From a bacterium (GTDB lineage Bacteria; Zhuqueibacterota; Zhuqueibacteria; Residuimicrobiales; Krinioviventaceae), in NCBI GenBank assembly GCA_963675755.2, contig CAXXMD010000002.1:2048001-2112000 (forward strand): a DNA stretch of 64,000 bases. Direction: 5' to 3'. The notes beneath the pieces are model-generated. The model ran no database searches. It saw only the letters and a program-made list of their open reading frames with translations, and was not told the origin of the DNA. This document shows positions 1 to 10,110 of this stretch, piece after piece. How positions within the stretch are numbered: the first letter of the stretch is position 1; the number at the start of each line of letters is the position of its first letter. A program made the position numbers and the translations under genes.

Positions 1-2746
1 CCATCATTGAAATAATGTTCATGGAAATTCCTGTAATGTACAAACCTCCAAAAACACCAATCATCGCTAAAGGAACGGTACCCAATATCAATAAAGGCTG
101 AGTTAAACTTTCCAAAATTGCCGCAAGCAGCATATATGTCAAAACTATAGCCAATACAAAGGTAAAAAGCATACTTTGTATAGTACTTTTCATTTCTTCT
201 GCCATACCCGCCCATTCAACTTTATAACCAGTTGGCAATTCAAGGTCTGCAAGACGGCTATCTATCTCATTTGTTACATCACCCATAGGAACACCAGGTG
301 CTGTCGATGCACCAAAATCTATCATTTTGAATTTATCTTTATGCAGAATTCGGGTAAATCCCTGGGTATATTTAATATCTGCAAGTTGCGAAATCTTGAA
401 TGTTCCAGCAGGAGCAACAACTGAAATACTCTCTACCTCTTCAGGGGTATCAACAGACTCGTCAGATAAACTTACACGAATATCATACTCTTCACCCTGA
501 TCACGGTATTTGGTGGTCACCAGACCTTCCAACGAACCGCGCAAAGTCATTGCCAAATCATAAATTGTCAATCCCGCATTCGAAAGCTTTTCACGGTCAG
601 GTACAATCGTAATCTCTGGTTTACCAGGACGTGAACTGGTATTCAGGTTTATCAATCCGGGAACATCATGAATGCGTTCAACAATTTCTCTACGGTATTT
701 TTCCAGTTCCTGAACATCCTGTCCCATTAAAGTAAAGTTAACAGGGGCTGTACCCATACCCATTGAAGAAGTAGCCTCAATTCTTAAACGAACATTAGGA
801 AGATCAGACAACTTTTTAATTAATTCAGCCGCCATATGCTCAGTAGAAACATCACGCATTGCAACATTCACCAATTTTACATTAACCAATGCCATATTGG
901 TACCTGTATCCATATCATTGATCTTACCCAATGTAGTTACAATGGTTTTAACTTCCGGATATTCTTCAATCCGGTTTTGCATTTCTTTTAATACCTGGGC
1001 AGTTTCATTCAAATTGTAACCAGTTGGCAGCTCAACTTCCATCTTGATATCGCCTTCATCCAGCTTGGGCATAAAGTCAAATCCAATCTGAGAAGCCATA
1101 AAAAAACTGCCAACAAACATGAATATACTAACCAAAATCACCATAAAGCTTCGCATTTTGTTCTTGATGATCCAGCTCAACAATCGTTTATACCAATCTT
1201 CCCATGCGGTAAACATGGCATTCATTTTTTTACCAATGGGATGTTTTTTTGTATCATGCTCTGGGATAATTAAAGAAGCCAGCATAGGTGTCAAAGTAAA
1301 TGACATTAACAATGAAAACAGTGTAGCATAAACTACTGTCAAAGCAAACTCTTTAAACATCATGCCCACAATACTACCCATATTTGCAATGGGTAAAAAT
1401 ACTGCTATATTGGTCATGGTAGATGCAATTACCGCAACCACAACCTCAGCCGTTCCTTTGGCAGATGCTTCACGACGACTATTCCCCATACTTTTATGCC
1501 GAAAAATATTTTCAAGCACAACAACAGAGTTCGAAACAAGCACACCCACCGCAGTCGAAAGTCCCATCAGGGTCATAAGGTTCAGGGTGAATCCTGAAAG
1601 TTGTAAAAGCATAAATGTGGATATAATAGACATGGGCATTGATAAAGCAACAATAATTGTTGAACGTAAATCGCTCAAAAAGAACAGCAATACAAGTCCG
1701 GTTAAAATCACACCCATAAAAATATTAGAAAGAGTATCTTTAACAGAACCTTCAATCAAAATAGAACTGTCTTTAATAATTGATAACTCACAACCCTCAG
1801 GCAATAGTTCCTGTAATTCCGGCATTCTTTCCTTAACAGCCGTTGCAATTCGTACGGCGTTACCATCTTTGGCCTTAACCAGTCCCAAAACCACAACATT
1901 ATCATTAGTAAGTTTATTAACATTATCTACAAATGTAGAACGTACCCGTACCTCTTCGGTAGCATCACGCACCTGGGCAAGTTCAGAAAGAGGTTTCATT
2001 CCAAAACCGGTTGGTACTTTTAATTGTTTCAGATCTTCAACAGTATCAAATTCACCTTCCAGACGAACCGAGTATTCCTGAGAACGCTGTTTAAAATTAC
2101 CACCAGGCATATCCATATTTTGCATCGAAAGCATTCCAGCCAGTTGACTGATGGATATTTTCTGCTGTAATATCGTACGGTTGTCAAACTCGACCTGAAT
2201 TTCACGTTCACCGCCACCGGTTACAGATACTTCACCAACACCCTGTATCTGAGAAAAACGGTCTGTCAGTGTTTTATCGGCCAGCTCATATAATTCTGTC
2301 ATTTCTATATTACCGGATAAAACAATATTCATGATCGGTTCAGAATTGATATCAAATTTCTGAATAATCGGCCTTTCAGCGTCACCCGGCATATCATTCA
2401 ATATTGCATCAACCTTGTCTTTCACTTCCTGATTGGCAATATCAACATCCTTGCTGAGTTCAAATCGAATAATTACAAATGATGCAGATTCCATGGAATA
2501 GGATTGTATATAATCTATTCCGCTTACTGTTGAAATTGCATCTTCAATTCTTTTGGTTATTTGCAGCTCCGTTTCCTGCGGACCCGCACCAGGATAAACC
2601 GTCTGAACCGTGATCATGGGAAACGTCATGTCAGGTGTAAGATCCAGGTTTAATCCAAAATATGATATAGCCCCAAACATCAGCAATGCCAGTAAAAGCA
2701 TCGATATCATAATAGGGCGTTTTATGGATATATCAGATAAAAACAT
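1..2746 (-). CDS. RND efflux transporter permease (AcrB/AcrD/AcrF family), 3' end runs off the window
   Basis: Absent from the ORF track because it is truncated. Manual minus-strand translation from ATG at 2746 gives MFLSDISIKRPIMISM..., YPGAGPQETE..., AVGVLVSNSVVVLENIFRH. Lies directly downstream of an RND adaptor gene. Confidence 0.93.
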   Translation of the reverse strand, partial: MFLSDISIKRPIMISMLLLALLMFGAISYFGLNLDLTPDMTFPMITVQTVYPGAGPQETELQITKRIEDAISTVSGIDYIQSYSMESASFVIIRFELSKDVDIANQEVKDKVDAILNDMPGDAERPIIQKFDINSEPIMNIVLSGNIEMTELYELADKTLTDRFSQIQGVGEVSVTGGGEREIQVEFDNRTILQQKISISQLAGMLSMQNMDMPGGNFKQRSQEYSVRLEGEFDTVEDLKQLKVPTGFGMKPLSELAQVRDATEEVRVRSTFVDNVNKLTNDNVVVLGLVKAKDGNAVRIATAVKERMPELQELLPEGCELSIIKDSSILIEGSVKDTLSNIFMGVILTGLVLLFFLSDLRSTIIVALSMPMSIISTFMLLQLSGFTLNLMTLMGLSTAVGVLVSNSVVVLENIFRHKSMGNSRREASAKGTAEVVVAVIASTMTNIAVFLPIANMGSIVGMMFKEFALTVVYATLFSLLMSFTLTPMLASLIIPEHDTKKHPIGKKMNAMFTAWEDWYKRLLSWIIKNKMRSFMVILVSIFMFVGSFFMASQIGFDFMPKLDEGDIKMEVELPTGYNLNETAQVLKEMQNRIEEYPEVKTIVTTLGKINDMDTGTNMALVNVKLVNVAMRDVSTEHMAAELIKKLSDLPNVRLRIEATSSMGMGTAPVNFTLMGQDVQELEKYRREIVERIHDVPGLINLNTSSRPGKPEITIVPDREKLSNAGLTIYDLAMTLRGSLEGLVTTKYRDQGEEYDIRVSLSDESVDTPEEVESISVVAPAGTFKISQLADIKYTQGFTRILHKDKFKMIDFGASTAPGVPMGDVTNEIDSRLADLELPTGYKVEWAGMAEEMKSTIQSMLFTFVLAIVLTYMLLAAILESLTQPLLILGTVPLAMIGVFGGLYITGISMNIISMM

Positions 2747-2818
2747 AAATTTAAATCCTTATTCGTTAATCGATTTTAATATTCCACAATACTAAATAAT
2801 TCTATTCAAATATATTTA

Positions 2819-3856
2819 TCAGGAATCAGCAATAACCCTGATTTTTTCACCATTTTTCAATAACATTTGCCCACCAATAATCAACTGGTCACCAACAGAT
2901 AAACCATCAACAACTTCAATATCCAGTCCCTGGGTTCTTCCTGTTTTTATCTCACGTTTTTGTGCTTTTCCACCCTGGTTCACAAAAACATATCTCGAAT
3001 TATCTTCCACAATCACATTTTTTCTTTCAACAATAATGGTTTCATCACCTTCACCACTATAAATAGTAATTTCCGAGTTGATTCCGCTTTTAAAACGATT
3101 TCCGGAATTGTTCAGTTCTACCCAAACACCAAATGCCTGCATAGACGAATTCAACGACAAATCAACCTGGCTCACCTTTCCTTCAATTGCCAAACCCTGC
3201 CATTTTGCAGTTACTGTATCACCAACTTTAATCACTGCAGCCTGACTTTCAGAAGCCCACAGTTTGCCTTTCAACTTTTGTGTCTGACTTACTGTAAACA
3301 GATCATCACCAGGATTCACATTATCAGATTCCTGTACATTGATCTGTGAAATCGTTCCACTGATGGGGGCCTTAACCATTACGGATTGTTTTACCGCATT
3401 CCAGTTTGCTTCTGCAACTTTGAATTGGGTTTTCGTATTATCATAGTCCTGCAAAGAAATACCACCGCTGTTATACAGATTGGTCATACGATCCAGAGTT
3501 GTTTTTGCCAACTCGTAGGCAGACTTTGTTTGATTATATTGCGCGGATGGATTGTCTGTAGGAAAGCTAATGACAACCGCATCTTTTTTAACATAGTCAC
3601 CAACTTTGTAATGAATCTTGTCAACCTTGTCCGCAACCATTGCACTTGCGTTCGATTCGTGAATACCACTCAAAGTTGTATGAAAAGTATTTTCAATACT
3701 GAATTTGCTTTTTTCTATTTTCTGAACGGATACAGGTACACCTTCTTCTTTATAAATCTGCTCAAGACTTTTTGATCGAGATTCACTTTTAGTACAAGAG
3801 CTGATCATAAGAACAGTACTTATTGCCAATAATAATATAACGCTTCGGTTACGCAT
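2819..3856 (-). CDS. RND efflux periplasmic adaptor (membrane fusion) lipoprotein
   Basis: Lipobox ISSC, lipoyl/barrel-sandwich motifs (VKAPISGTI, GLSVGDQLIIGG), adjacent to the RND permease. Confidence 0.92.
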   Translation of the reverse strand: MRNRSVILLLAISTVLMISSCTKSESRSKSLEQIYKEEGVPVSVQKIEKSKFSIENTFHTTLSGIHESNASAMVADKVDKIHYKVGDYVKKDAVVISFPTDNPSAQYNQTKSAYELAKTTLDRMTNLYNSGGISLQDYDNTKTQFKVAEANWNAVKQSVMVKAPISGTISQINVQESDNVNPGDDLFTVSQTQKLKGKLWASESQAAVIKVGDTVTAKWQGLAIEGKVSQVDLSLNSSMQAFGVWVELNNSGNRFKSGINSEITIYSGEGDETIIVERKNVIVEDNSRYVFVNQGGKAQKREIKTGRTQGLDIEVVDGLSVGDQLIIGGQMLLKNGEKIRVIADS

Positions 3857-3888
3857 TCATGCCTCCATGATTTCAGTTATTTATAATA

Positions 3889-3908
3889 TACATTCATATA
3901 TGTATGTA
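3889..3908. promoter_or_regulatory. Putative TetR/AcrR operator upstream of the efflux operon
   Basis: Imperfect palindrome TACATTCATATATGTATGTA; a sister copy lies at 4598-4617. Confidence 0.65.
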
Positions 3909-3950
3909 TTGTATGTAAAAAATTTTTCCCTTTTTATACTCATTATTCAT

Positions 3951-4574
3951 CTACATTGGGTTATCATCCTTATTTTTTAATCCATGAATAAATAGGTCAA
4001 ATAATTCTTTAGGATTTTCAATATCAACCAAATTCCTTCTTCTCTTAATATAAATATCAGCAAAGCCGGCTATAGTGGCGCTCATTAAAGTACTGAAATA
4101 ACTTGGATTGACGGGACGAATCTCTCCCTGGTTTATCCCCTCCTGCACAATTGCAGAAAACATATTAAAAAATTTCATTCCGCGCTCTTGAAAATATTCT
4201 TCAATTTCCGGCATTTCATGTATCGTTCGTTTATCCATAAATTCAAGATTTTGGTTTTCAAGAAATTCTTTATCCTCTTTTAGCTTTTGTAAAAAAACAC
4301 AAAATATTTTTTCTAATTTTTGTAAAGGTGTTATATCCTCTACCAATACATTATCAAAAATTTCAAAAAACGGATCAAGCCGTTCTTTGAATAGAGCAAT
4401 CAATAATTCTTTTTTATTCCCAAAGTGCCAATAGATTGCACCTCTTGTTAATCCAACATGTTCTGCAACATCAGACAAACGGAAAGCGTTGAATCCTTTT
4501 TCACTGATCACATGCAATGCAGATTTAAGTAATAATTTCCGTGTTTGTTCGGCTTCTTCTTTAGTACGTCGCAT
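3951..4574 (-). CDS. TetR/AcrR family transcriptional regulator
   Basis: MRRTKEEAEQTR... with HTH LSDVAEHVGLTRGAIYWHF. Start moved from 4637 to 4574 on the basis of the family N-terminus. Confidence 0.93.
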   Translation of the reverse strand: MRRTKEEAEQTRKLLLKSALHVISEKGFNAFRLSDVAEHVGLTRGAIYWHFGNKKELLIALFKERLDPFFEIFDNVLVEDITPLQKLEKIFCVFLQKLKEDKEFLENQNLEFMDKRTIHEMPEIEEYFQERGMKFFNMFSAIVQEGINQGEIRPVNPSYFSTLMSATIAGFADIYIKRRRNLVDIENPKELFDLFIHGLKNKDDNPM

Positions 4575-4597
4575 TTCTTCCCTTATATTTAAAAAAT

Positions 4598-4617
4598 TAC
4601 ATACATACTTGTACGTA
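4598..4617. promoter_or_regulatory. Putative TetR/AcrR autoregulatory operator
   Basis: Imperfect palindrome TACATACATACTTGTACGTA, about 24 nt upstream of the tetR start. Confidence 0.6.
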
Positions 4618-4670
4618 TTTATTCGGAAAAGTTCCAAAAATATTTAGTTTTTTTTCTTATTTTTTGTAAT

Positions 4671-5882
4671 TTATTTTGTGTCCCAGTAATTAATCGAGGG
4701 ATCCAGAGAATAAAGTGACATAATCTCTGAACTCAGGTCGGTACGGTTTATTCCGTTCACTTTGAACAATATTTCGAAACATTCAGTATTGCCATCGTTT
4801 GTTTGAAATTGTTCCTGGACCGTTTTTAACAGTTGAGGATTGGTTAAATACTTTACGCTTTGTATTACACCAATATCATGAAATGAAAGAAACAGCATTA
4901 CTGTATTTCGGTTGGGACCCGAAAACTTGGCTACAATGCTATAGTCATCATGCATTGACTCTGACTTGCCGATTTGATGATATTCTGTGGCTTCTTTTCC
5001 GGTTTTATCAATGAGCGATACGATATTCTCTTCTGTATCAATCGTAAAATGTGAATTTAAGAAAAAATTATTAAAAAAACCACAAGTCTTGAATAATCCA
5101 ATAAAAATTACATTATAATGCTGTAGATATTGCATATTAAACCGGGACATGAGACAAATCTCAAAATCTTGATCACTCTCAAGCAAAACAGGCATTAATG
5201 CTTTAAGATAAAAAGGAGTACCATAAGCAAGATAACTAAAATCAATTTCCTGATAATGAATACTGCTGTTACCATTTTCAGATATATAGTGCTGAAAATC
5301 ATTGCTGTTATTCACACTATAATCTCTTATTACCGCCGACTGTTTCGTTTTCTCATCTGTTTGTTGAAAGAAATAATAATCACCAAGCACTATCATTACA
5401 GGTTTTTCGTCATGTGCTATATCTTTCCAGATGGATGAATTGGAAACTTTAGACTGCCCTTGCTGCCAAATCATATATATCCATAAAAAAGCTATAAATA
5501 CCAGGCACACCAAAGCTCCAATTGCAAGGGTTTTCCAAATATTACTTTGTTGGTGTACTGAATACTTTTTTTCAATATATTCAATTTTATAACGCCCTTT
5601 GGGTATACGAAAAACAACCTTGTCTTCCCTGCCTTCAGTCAAATAATAATGTTCAAGCTTTTTACGCAGCAAATGGATCTTTACTCTGACAAATGACAAG
5701 TCCTGATTTGTAGTTCCAGATGTGTCCCGTTGAAAAAGATCATAAGCAATTTGTGATTCCTTGGGTATTTCTCCTTCACGTGTTGCATTATACAAATAGA
5801 TCAGTAATTGCCGGTCATTTTCCGATTTAAACTCGTTACTGTTTAAAATTTTCTCAAGATGTGAATCATAAACCGTATTCAT
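4671..5882 (-). CDS. Membrane-anchored regulator: N-terminal winged-helix-like domain, one TM helix, extracytoplasmic domain
   Basis: N-terminal pattern LLIYL...KESQIAYDLF...VRVKIHLLRKKLEHYY...IPKGRY; TM segment LAIGALVCLVFIAFLWIYMIW. Confidence 0.65.
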   Translation of the reverse strand: MNTVYDSHLEKILNSNEFKSENDRQLLIYLYNATREGEIPKESQIAYDLFQRDTSGTTNQDLSFVRVKIHLLRKKLEHYYLTEGREDKVVFRIPKGRYKIEYIEKKYSVHQQSNIWKTLAIGALVCLVFIAFLWIYMIWQQGQSKVSNSSIWKDIAHDEKPVMIVLGDYYFFQQTDEKTKQSAVIRDYSVNNSNDFQHYISENGNSSIHYQEIDFSYLAYGTPFYLKALMPVLLESDQDFEICLMSRFNMQYLQHYNVIFIGLFKTCGFFNNFFLNSHFTIDTEENIVSLIDKTGKEATEYHQIGKSESMHDDYSIVAKFSGPNRNTVMLFLSFHDIGVIQSVKYLTNPQLLKTVQEQFQTNDGNTECFEILFKVNGINRTDLSSEIMSLYSLDPSINYWDTK

Positions 5883-6000
5883 ATAACTGCCTGAAATTAA
5901 GTTTTTTACCGTTAATAACCGTTATTTACTGTACTTTGACAAATATTCTTTTATTTTAATAAAAAAGCTAACAATAATATCAATAGGATCAAAAAGAAAA

Positions 6001-7569
6001 ATGAAAAACATTATGCAATCTGGTAAAGCAATTACAGTTTTAACTGTATTGCGGGTAATTGTAGGTTGGCATTTCTTATATGAAGGAATTGCCAAACTCG
6101 TAAATCCAAACTGGTCAGCAGCAGCATACTTGATGGAATCCAAATGGCTTTTTTCCGGCTTTTTTCATTGGATCATCGCCAACCCAACAATTCTGAATAT
6201 TGTTGATTTCCTCAATATCTGGGGACTCATTTTTATTGGTCTCGGATTATTTGTGGGCTTGTTCACACGCACTGCAAGTTATGCGGGCATCTTACTGTTA
6301 ATGCTCTATTATGTTGCAAATCCCCCGTTTGTTCACTCTAGCGCTCCGTCAGAAGGTCATTATTTTATCGTTAACAAAAACCTCATCGAAGCTGCAATCC
6401 TTCTTCTATTTGCATTGATGAACAAAGAATCCCTTTGGGGCATTGACAGGCTTTTATCACTCTATACGCAAAAACGCAAAAACAAAACCTTCCCGGAAGC
6501 AGACAATCATGACCTGAAAGAATTTGTTGATAATCCCAGAAGAGAGCTATTGAAGAATCTGGTTACTCTCCCGGTGATGGGTGCTGCATTTTTCGGTGTA
6601 GCTAAAAAGCATGGTTGGATAAGCTTTGAAGAAAAAAATCTAAAAGCTGCAGATGCACAAACCAGTGCTTCGGTTCTATTCACCAGCGGTATGGATATTA
6701 AAGAACTTAAAGCTCAAGTCCCTCATGGAAATATCAAAGACAACCAAATCAGTCGTATTATCGTTGGTGGAAACCTGGTTAGCGGATTTGCCCATTCACG
6801 TGATCTTATATATGTATCTTCAATTTTGAAAAAATATTTCACAGATGAAAAAGTAATAGAAACCCTGTGGCTCTGCGAAGCTTGCGGTATCAATACCGCC
6901 CTGCTCAGAACCGACGAAAACACCATTAGGATTCTTGATAAATATTGGAAACGAGGCGGAAAAATCCAGTGGCTGGCACAAACATATCCCAAAGAAAATG
7001 ATTTTACAAACGTACAAATGGCAATTGACCATGGTGCCATGGGAGCTTTCTGCCAGGGAGCAATTGCAGACACATTTATAAGAGATAATAAACTGGACGT
7101 ATTGGAAAAAACAATTTCATTTATCAAAAGTAAAGGTATCATTGCCGGAACTGCCGCACACTCGCTCCAGGTACCAATTGTTTGTGAAAAATCGGGATTG
7201 GATCTGGATTTCTATATGAAAACCCTGCACCATGATAAATATTGGTCAGCTCATCCCAAAGACATGCGCATCGAATTCAACCAGTTACAACCCAATAACG
7301 ATGACCACAATCGCTATCACGACAATATCTGGTGCATCAATCCTGAAGAAACAGTAGAGTTTTTCAAAAACGTAACTACACCCATGATCGCTTACAAAGT
7401 TTTAGCAGCTGGCGCTATCAATCCCCAGGATGGATTACAATACGTGTTTAGTGGTGGTGCTGACTTTGCCTGTATTGGCATGTTTGATTTTCAGGTTGTT
7501 GAAAACGCAAATATCACAAATGATATTCTAAGCCAAAACCTCTCTCGCGAACGCAAATGGTATGCATAA
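6001..7569 (+). CDS. DoxX-family membrane domain fused to an aldo/keto-reductase-like domain
   Basis: LRVIVGWHFLYEGIAKL and IVNKNLIE are DoxX-type motifs. The C-terminal part has ISRIIVGGN and IAYKVLAAG, resembling the AKR barrel. Confidence 0.7.
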   Translation: MKNIMQSGKAITVLTVLRVIVGWHFLYEGIAKLVNPNWSAAAYLMESKWLFSGFFHWIIANPTILNIVDFLNIWGLIFIGLGLFVGLFTRTASYAGILLLMLYYVANPPFVHSSAPSEGHYFIVNKNLIEAAILLLFALMNKESLWGIDRLLSLYTQKRKNKTFPEADNHDLKEFVDNPRRELLKNLVTLPVMGAAFFGVAKKHGWISFEEKNLKAADAQTSASVLFTSGMDIKELKAQVPHGNIKDNQISRIIVGGNLVSGFAHSRDLIYVSSILKKYFTDEKVIETLWLCEACGINTALLRTDENTIRILDKYWKRGGKIQWLAQTYPKENDFTNVQMAIDHGAMGAFCQGAIADTFIRDNKLDVLEKTISFIKSKGIIAGTAAHSLQVPIVCEKSGLDLDFYMKTLHHDKYWSAHPKDMRIEFNQLQPNNDDHNRYHDNIWCINPEETVEFFKNVTTPMIAYKVLAAGAINPQDGLQYVFSGGADFACIGMFDFQVVENANITNDILSQNLSRERKWYA

Positions 7570-7597
7570 AATTTATTCTTCATTCATTTCTTCACTC

Positions 7598-7627
7598 AGG
7601 TCCCGGGGTTCACCTGGGGCCTTTTTT
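7598..7627 (+). terminator. Rho-independent terminator
   Basis: AGGTCCCGGG-gttca-CCTGGGGCCT followed by a T run. Confidence 0.75.
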
Positions 7628-7763
7628 ACATTAATATCTTGAAAAATTGGAACTTACAAATCACTCTCTCTAATTAATATTAAAGCAATCAATCATTATT
7701 TTTCTTGAAAGTTTGCTAAAATAGTTTATATTAATATCGTCAAATAATGTTTTGGATGCTTGA

Positions 7764-8573
7764 ATGGACCAGAAAAACACTTTATTGTTACTAACTATAT
7801 TTTTCTCTTTACTGTTATTCTCCTGTGCTGCAGAAACCCCATTACCTGAAAAGGGCCTTTGCGCGCATCGTGGAGCGAATAATACACATCCTGAAAACAC
7901 TTTACCCGCGTTCAAAGAAGCAATTCAACTTGGCGCGCAAATGATTGAGTTTGACGTCCGTCAAACCCAGGACAAACATCTCGTTATCATGCATGATGAA
8001 ACATTAGACAGAACAACCAACGGTACCGGAGCTGTTACAGAAAAAAACTTTGACTATATCCGGTCTCTTGATGCAGGCAGTTGGAAATCAGATAAATTTA
8101 CAGGCACTAAAGTTCCTACCTTTCAGGAAACACTCGATATGATGCCGCGTAATATATGGCTCAATATTCATATCAAAGGAGATCCACAAATCGGTGCAGA
8201 GATAGCCAATATAGTAGTTAAAGAAAAACGTCTGCACCAGTCAGTACTGGCCTGCTCATACGACATGGCTCAGACCGCGTTAAAAGTTAATGACAACATA
8301 CTCATTTGTAATATGGACAGGCAAGATTCTTCCTTGCAATACACCAAAGAAACAATTCAAAACAACTGTGAATTCTTGCAATTGAAAACACGGGCTGATT
8401 CTGTGCTAGATCAAATTATCCCACAATTGCATGCAAACAATGTTAAAATCAATTACTTTAGCTGTAATTCCCCCGTCAAAATGAAATTATTATTCAATGC
8501 AGGAGTGGATTTTATATTAACAGACAAACTGGCAGAATTAATGTCTGAATATAAGCATTCAGCTCAACATTGA
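7764..8573 (+). CDS. Glycerophosphodiester phosphodiesterase family lipoprotein
   Basis: AHRG, PENTLPAF, IEFDV, HDETLDRTTNG and ILTD motifs; lipobox LFSC. Confidence 0.9.
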   Translation: MDQKNTLLLLTIFFSLLLFSCAAETPLPEKGLCAHRGANNTHPENTLPAFKEAIQLGAQMIEFDVRQTQDKHLVIMHDETLDRTTNGTGAVTEKNFDYIRSLDAGSWKSDKFTGTKVPTFQETLDMMPRNIWLNIHIKGDPQIGAEIANIVVKEKRLHQSVLACSYDMAQTALKVNDNILICNMDRQDSSLQYTKETIQNNCEFLQLKTRADSVLDQIIPQLHANNVKINYFSCNSPVKMKLLFNAGVDFILTDKLAELMSEYKHSAQH

Positions 8574-8722
8574 TGGTATCTACTCTTTGAGTGAATACCG
8601 AAAAATCCGCAACATAATATTTTTTGCCTCATGATTGCCCACAAGCGGCACATGGATTGCAAAATATAAAATTATGAAATATTTGTTATGATTTGTATAT
8701 TAATATGAACTGAGGTTAAATT

Positions 8723-9091
8723 ATGTCCGTCTATTGTAAATACGATACTGAAGAAAATATTCTTCATATTAAAACAGACAAGACATTATCCAAAGAAGCA
8801 TTGAGCGAATATCGCACAGTGCTGAAAACTTTGCAGCTGAAACCCGGCGTAAAATGCCTGGCAGACTTTACAGAAGCCTGTTACTATACAAGAATAGAAG
8901 ACATGCTTTTAATAGTTGGTGCTGCTGAAGAAACAGGTAATCTTTTGCCAAACTCACAAATCGCTCTATGTACGAATAATGACCTGGCTTTTAGAATGGC
9001 TTTAATTTACGAAGCTGTCAGTAACCGAACCCAGGCGTGGGTAAAAATTTTCCAGAATCCCAACGAAGCGATTTTGTGGTTTAAAAACTAA
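8723..9091 (+). CDS. SpoIIAA-like (STAS/SEC14-type) small protein
   Basis: 122 aa with a C-terminal KIFQNPNEAILW pattern; paralog of the next gene. Confidence 0.55.
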   Translation: MSVYCKYDTEENILHIKTDKTLSKEALSEYRTVLKTLQLKPGVKCLADFTEACYYTRIEDMLLIVGAAEETGNLLPNSQIALCTNNDLAFRMALIYEAVSNRTQAWVKIFQNPNEAILWFKN

Positions 9092-9138
9092 AAAAGTGAA
9101 TAGCAAAATCCAGGTAGTAAAACTATTGGGGTGCAGTA

Positions 9139-9513
9139 TTGCCTATATCGTTTGAATTTGATGAAGAGAATAATTTTCTCTATGAATTCGGAACAGGCCC
9201 ATTATGTGTTGATGACTTTATTCAACATCGGCAAACTATTTCCAAACTTGCTTTAAAATCCGGTTTAAAATGTTTTTGTGATTACAGTGGTGCTGAAATC
9301 GATATGCACTTTAACGATATGCAGCAAATATCATTATCTGTTATTAGGTCAACAGAACTTGTTCAAATCAACAATGTCAAGATCGCAATTTATATTGACA
9401 ATGATCTTGGATACGGTCTGGCACGCATCTGTGAAGCCATGACCACAGATGAAAAACATCAAGTTCGGGTATTCAGATCTATGGAAAACGCAAAAACATG
9501 GTTAGACATTTAA
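9139..9513 (+). CDS. SpoIIAA-like (STAS/SEC14-type) small protein
   Basis: KIAIYIDNDLGYGLAR...RVFRSMENAKTWL pattern. Confidence 0.6.
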   Translation: MPISFEFDEENNFLYEFGTGPLCVDDFIQHRQTISKLALKSGLKCFCDYSGAEIDMHFNDMQQISLSVIRSTELVQINNVKIAIYIDNDLGYGLARICEAMTTDEKHQVRVFRSMENAKTWLDI

Positions 9514-9587
9514 AATTTACACTCAACGTATTCCTGCTAAATTCATAAAAATCTGCTTCGAAAAACGCTTGTATTCCTGACACAATA

Positions 9588-10109
9588 GTGTATATTATAG
9601 TATCCACACTCCAGGAGTTGCTTTTGAAATCTAGAATTTTATATGATTCCGTATTTGGCAATACTGAGGAAATTGCAAAAGCTATGTACAATGCAATTAA
9701 TGCAAATATTGATACAGAGATATCAAGAGTGAATGACACACATCCTCAGGATTTGTTAAATTATGATTTGCTCATTGTCGGCTCTCCAACACGGGCGTTC
9801 AGCCCCACACCGTCTACATCAAAACTCTTGAAACAAATCAAAGCTAGAGGATTAAAAGACACTTTTATTGCAGCCTTTGATACACGTATGGAAATCGACA
9901 AAATTAATTCTAAATTCCTTAAAGTAATGGAAAAATTATTTGGATACGCGGCCAAACCCATAGCCGACCTGTTGATAAAAAAAGGAGGCAAACTTGTTGC
10001 GCCACCGGAAGGCTTTATTGTAGATGGCGAACAAGGGCCGTTAAAAGCAGGTGAACTAGAGCGTGCCGCCAATTGGGCCAAAACTTTATTAACTCAAATA
10101 GAAGATTAA
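9588..10109 (+). CDS. Flavodoxin family protein (true start probably TTG near 9624)
   Basis: YDSVFGNTEEIA FMN loop, LIVGSPT, AAFDTR, GPLKAGELERA; AGGAG SD just upstream of the TTG. Confidence 0.9.
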   Translation: MYIIVSTLQELLLKSRILYDSVFGNTEEIAKAMYNAINANIDTEISRVNDTHPQDLLNYDLLIVGSPTRAFSPTPSTSKLLKQIKARGLKDTFIAAFDTRMEIDKINSKFLKVMEKLFGYAAKPIADLLIKKGGKLVAPPEGFIVDGEQGPLKAGELERAANWAKTLLTQIED

Positions 10110-10110
10110 T

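Noticed and set aside
176-2795. Short plus-strand ORFs in the ORF track, such as 1362-2081
   Set aside because: They are antisense shadows of the truncated RND permease on the minus strand.
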